Shown here: positions 59,340 to 64,000 of the stretch, piece by piece
Layout of the letters: the number at the start of each line of letters is the position of its first letter
Position numbering within the stretch: the first letter of the stretch is position 1
From: Macrostomum hystrix
Taxonomy: Eukaryota > Animalia > Platyhelminthes
NCBI GenBank assembly: GCA_950097015.1
Contig: CATNEN010000038.1
Span: forward strand, 62,001-126,000
Length of the DNA stretch: 64,000 nt
Direction of reading: 5' to 3'
The notes under the pieces: generated by a model
The model's database searches: none
Told to the model about the DNA's origin: nothing
The model's input: the letters and a program-made list of their open reading frames with translations, nothing else
Program-made: the position numbers and the translations under genes

Positions 59340-60980
59340 TCCTAAGCAACGCAGCTCACACTGCCACGAAATGACATCTTAGAATTCTAGCACCCTAAGC
59401 ACCGCAGCCCACACTGCCACGAAATGACATCTTAGAATTCTAGCATCCTAAGCACCGCAGCCCGCACTGCCACGAAATGACATCTTAGAATTCTAGCATC
59501 CTAAGCACCGCAGCCCACACTGCCACGAAATGACATCTTAGAATTCTAGCATCCTAAGCACCGCAGCCCACACTGCCACGAAATGACATCTTAGAATTCT
59601 AGCATCCTAAGCACCGCAGCTCACACTGCCACGAAATGACATCTTAGAATTCTAGCATCCTAAGCACCTCAGCTCACACTGCCACGAAATGACATCTTAG
59701 AATTCTAGCACCCTAAGCACCGCAGCCCACACTGCCACGAAATGACATCTTAGAATTCTAGCATCCTAAACACCTCAGCCCACACTGCCACGAAATGACA
59801 TCTTAGAATTCTAGCATCCTAAGCACCTCAGCCCACACTGCCACGAAATGACATCTTAGAATTCTAGCATCCTAAGCACCTCAGCCCACACTGCCACGAA
59901 ATGACATCTTAGAATTCTAGCATCCTAAGCACCGCAGCCCACACTGCCACGAAATGACATCTTAGAATTCTAGCATCCTAAGCACCGCAGCTCACACTGC
60001 CACGAAATGACATCTTAGAATTCTAGCACCCTAAGCACCGCAGCCCACACTGCCACGAAATGACATCTTAGAATTCTAGCATCCTAAGCACCGCAGCCCA
60101 CACTGCCACGAAATGACATCTTAGAATTCTAGCATCCTAAGCACCGCAGCTCACACTGCCACGAAATGACATCTTAGAATTCTAGCATCCTAAGCACCGC
60201 AGCCCACACTGCCACGAAATGACATCTTAGAATTCTAGCATCCTAAGCACCGCAGCCCACACTGCCACGAAATGACATCTTAGAATTCTAGCATCCTAAG
60301 CACCGCAGCCCACACTGCCACGAAATGACATCTTAGAATTCTAGCATCCTAAGCACCGCAGCCCACACTGCCACGAAATAACATCTCAGAATTCTAGCAT
60401 CCTAAGCACTACAGCCCACACTGCCACGAAATGACATCTTAGAATTCTAGCATCCTAAACACCTCAGCCCACACTGCCACGAAATGACATCTTAGAATTC
60501 TAGCATCCTAAGCACCGCAGCTCACACTGCCACGAAATGACATCTTAGAATTCTAGCATCCTAAGCACCGCAGCCCACACTGCCACGAAATGACATCTTA
60601 GAATTCTAGCATCCTAAGCACCGCAGCCCACACTGCCACGAAATGACATCTTAGAATTCTAGCATCCTAAGCACCGCAGCCCACACTGCCACGAAATGAC
60701 ATCTTAGAATTCTAGCATCCTAAGCACCGCAGCCCGCACTGCCACGAAATGACATCTTAGAATTCTAGCACCCTAAGCACCGCAGCCCACACTGCCACGA
60801 AATGACATCTTAGAATTCTAGCATCCTAAACACCTCAGCCCACACTGCCACGAAATGACATCTTAGAATTCTAGCATCCTAAGCACCGCAGCTCACACTG
60901 CCACGAAATGACATCTTAGAATTCTAGCATCGTAAGCACCACAGCTCACACTGCCACGAAATGACATCTTAGAATTCTAG
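59340..60980. repeat. Minisatellite, 53-bp unit (ctaagcaccgcagcccacactgccacgaaatgacatcttagaattctagcatc)
   Basis: About 31 copies, each with the palindrome TAGAATTCTA. Confidence 0.97.
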
Positions 60981-62014
60981 CTGAAAAAGCTGAAAAAGCT
61001 AATCCACGGAGTTGCTTATGGAAAAATCCGACCTTCGGCCAGAAACATTCAAGGGGGCCCCTTGGTATAAAAACGGGCGGCAAAAGGGCTTGGTAGTTCT
61101 ACTGTTAATCACAAACAATAGTGATTTGTAGCATCGTGTTCAACGTAGGTGCTCCGAAGAGTTGACAAAAGTACTTTCTCTTCGCGAGTTGCTCCCACAA
61201 GCTTGATTTTGGCCCAGCTGAGCAAATGTTTGGCTGCCGCAAACAGCATTTCTGAGCTGCCGATGCCTACGCTGAGGAGGTCAATTATTTCTCTGCCTGT
61301 AGGTTCGGGACTCATTAACTATGTGTGGATATTTAGGCAATGATTGCTCTCGATAATGGGTCTGTGCCTGATATTTCAATGACCTCATGCAGTCCAGTAC
61401 CACTGTAGACATTGTTATCATGTCCAATGTGAGTATTATTCCGTATTACACAACAATGCCATGATCTGGCCCGCTCACATACAATCAGTGACTGCGCTGT
61501 CCCACCTGAAATTAGGGCGTATTTCAAGGCACCAAAATACCATCAAAATCTACATTGCACGTCGATTCCAAATATACGGATGTGAAAGATTTTACAATAA
61601 TTATGGCAAGGAAATAATGGTCAAAATAGTGCAGAAACGTCTAGGCATGTTGCGTGTGCAAAGCACTTGGCCTATTTAATTTCGAGTCTATTCAAGTTTT
61701 GAGTCAACAGCATGGATCATCAATTAAACGATGGACTGTCTCTCAAACTGTGGGATTCAGTCAATTTGGGCCATAGACAATCAAATCCATCCCTAATCCT
61801 CAAGACGTGTGTGTCTTCCTACTTTAAGTAGATTTGTTTGAAAGTAATGCAAATGTTTGAAAACTTATAATATAAAGGGTTTGCATCTCTCTGTCTAGAT
61901 TGCCTACCAATTGCATGTCGATACAGATCCTCTCACCTGTGAAATTATATTAAACATTGGCCTTTTTTAAGTGGCGACACACAAACCTGCTCGGTTAGTT
62001 TTATGTACAAGCTT

Positions 62015-63702
62015 ATAAACTCACAGTGTCTCCCTGTGATAAACTCACAGTGTCTCCCTGTGATAAACTCACAGTGTCTCCCTGTGATAAACTCACAGTG
62101 TCTCCCTGTGATAAACTCACAGTGTCTCCCTGTGATAAACTCACAGTGTCTCCCTGTGATAAACTCACAGTGTCTCCCTGTGATAAACTCACAGTGTCTC
62201 CCTGTGATAAACTCACAGTGTCTCCCTGTGATAAACTCACAGTGTCTGCCTGTGATAAACTCACAGTGTCTGCCTGTGATAAACTCACAGTGTCTCCCTG
62301 TGATAAACTCACAGTGTCTCCCTGTGATAAACTCACAGTGTCTCCCTGTGATAAACTCACAGTGTGTCTCTGTGATAAACTCACAGTGTCTCCCTGTGAT
62401 AAACTCTCAGTGTCTCCCTGTGATAAACTCACAGTGTCTGCCTGTGATAAACTCACAGTGTCTCCCTGTGATAAACTCACAGTGTCTCCCTGTGATAAAC
62501 TCACAGTGTCTCCCTGTGATAAACTCACAGTGTCTCCCTGTGATAAACTCACAGTGTCTCCCTGTGATAAACTCACAGTGTCTCCCTGTGATAAACTCAC
62601 AGTATCTCCCTGTGATAAACTCACAGTGTCTCGCTGTGATAAACTCACAGTGTCTCTCTGTGATAAACTCACAGTGTCTCCCTGTGATAAACTCACAGTG
62701 TCTGCCTGTGATAAACTCACAGTGTCTCCCTGTGATAAACTCACAGTGTCTCCCTGTGATAAACTCACAGTATCTCCCTGTGATAAACTCACAGTGTCTC
62801 GCTGTGATAAACTCACAGTGTCTCTCTGTGATAAACTCACAGTGTCTCCATGTGATAAACTCACAGTGTCTGCCTGTGATAAACTCACAGTGTCTGCCTG
62901 TGATAAACTCACAGTGTCTGCCTGTGATAAACTCACAGTGTCTCCCTGTGATAAACTCACAGTGTCTCCCTGTGATAAACTCACAGTGTCTCCCTGTGAT
63001 AAACTCACAGTGTCTCCCTGTGATAAACTCACAGTGTGTCTCTGTGATAAACTCACAGTGTGTCTCTGTGATAAACTCACAGTGTCTCCCTGTGATAAAC
63101 TCACAGTGTGTCTCTGTGATAAACTCACAGTGTCTCCCTGTGATAAACTCACAGTGTGTCCCTGTGATAAACTCACAGTGTGTCTCTGTGATAAACTCAC
63201 AGTGTCTCCCTGTGATAAACTCACAGTGTCTCCCTGTGATAAACTCACAGTGTCTCCCTGTGATAAACTCACAGTGTGTCCCTGTGATAAACTCACAGTG
63301 TGTCTCTGTGATAAACTCACAGTGTCTCCCTGTGATAAACTCACAGTGTCTCCCTGTGATAAACTCACAGTGTCTCCCTGTGATAAACTCACAGTGTCTC
63401 CCTGTGATAAACTCACAGTGTGTCTCTGTGATAAACTCACAGTGTGTCTCTGTGATAAACTCACAGTGTCTCCCTGTGATAAACTCACAGTGTCTCCCTG
63501 TGATAAACTCACAGTGTCTCCCTGTGATAAACTCTCAGTGTCTCCCTGTGATAAACTCACAGTGTCTGCCTGTGATAAACTCACAGTGTCTCCCTGTGAT
63601 AAACTCACAGTGTCTCCCTGTGATAAACTCACAGTGTCTCCCTGTGATAAACTCACAGTGTCTCCCTGTGATAAACTCACAGTGTCTCCCTGTGATAAAC
63701 TC
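62015..63702. repeat. Minisatellite, 24-bp unit (gataaactcacagtgtctccctgt)
   Basis: About 70 copies; the unit length is a multiple of 3, which explains the three long repetitive ORFs. Confidence 0.97.
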
Positions 63703-64000
63703 TGTCGGGTCACGACCTTGCACGCCCACGCAGCGTTTTACGGCTTCTGGGCAATGGCAAAAACAATTTGCGCTTGGAGACAGTGGCTGAACTACAATTG
63801 GCAAATTATTGTAAATAATTTCTGTCACCGATGAATCACATAGAATCAGAGTGAGGTTAGAGCTAATGGAGCCTTTCCCCAATCAGGAAGTGCTTCGTAC
63901 GAGCAACTAATTTCCTTCATTCGTCAAGTGCAGATTTGCGTGGATGTTGACGCGAAGTTGCAGTTTTGAGGGCCAGAAGAAATAAAGACTAATGAAGAAG

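Noticed and set aside
59340-60980. CRISPR-like appearance of the 53-bp (and other) arrays with internal palindromes
   Set aside because: Units are contiguous with no unique spacers, there are no cas genes, and the context is eukaryotic.
62003-63834. Three 560-600-aa repetitive ORFs (INSQCLPV / SLSQGDTV / CDKLTVSP) and CACAGTG (RSS heptamer) in each unit
   Set aside because: A 24-bp unit without stops is automatically open in several frames. There are no splice or domain features and no RSS nonamer at 12/23 spacing.

Overview
Eukaryotic (metazoan) genomic DNA with GC-rich exons, AT-rich spacers and about 20 unrelated or locally related minisatellite arrays covering roughly a quarter of the window. 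This style resembles the flatworm Macrostomum lignano, but that is an inference from composition only. Five spliced genes can be assembled by hand from GT/GC-AG sites: GPCPD1 (CBM20 + GDPD, +), MITD1 (+), an A1CF/RBM46/RBM47-family RRM protein (+), an orphan Cys/His-module protein (-), and a secreted lectin-like/multi-sushi (CCP) protein with a hydrophobic GPI-type tail (-). Mobile DNA includes an intact Gypsy LTR retrotransposon with identical 168-bp LTRs in MITD1 intron 1 and a 5'-truncated but otherwise intact I-group/Ingi-like LINE (APE-RT-RNase H) inserted in a 33-bp minisatellite with a 13-bp TSD. There are also two tRNA-derived SINE families and an old inverted-repeat element. The most unexplained objects are an ~840-bp GC-rich, hairpin-packed non-coding cassette (14008-14845), pairs of related minisatellites seeded in neighbouring introns, and an AG|GT junction in the sushi gene that could switch between two hydrophobic C-termini. 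Exon boundaries are manual predictions, not transcript-confirmed.
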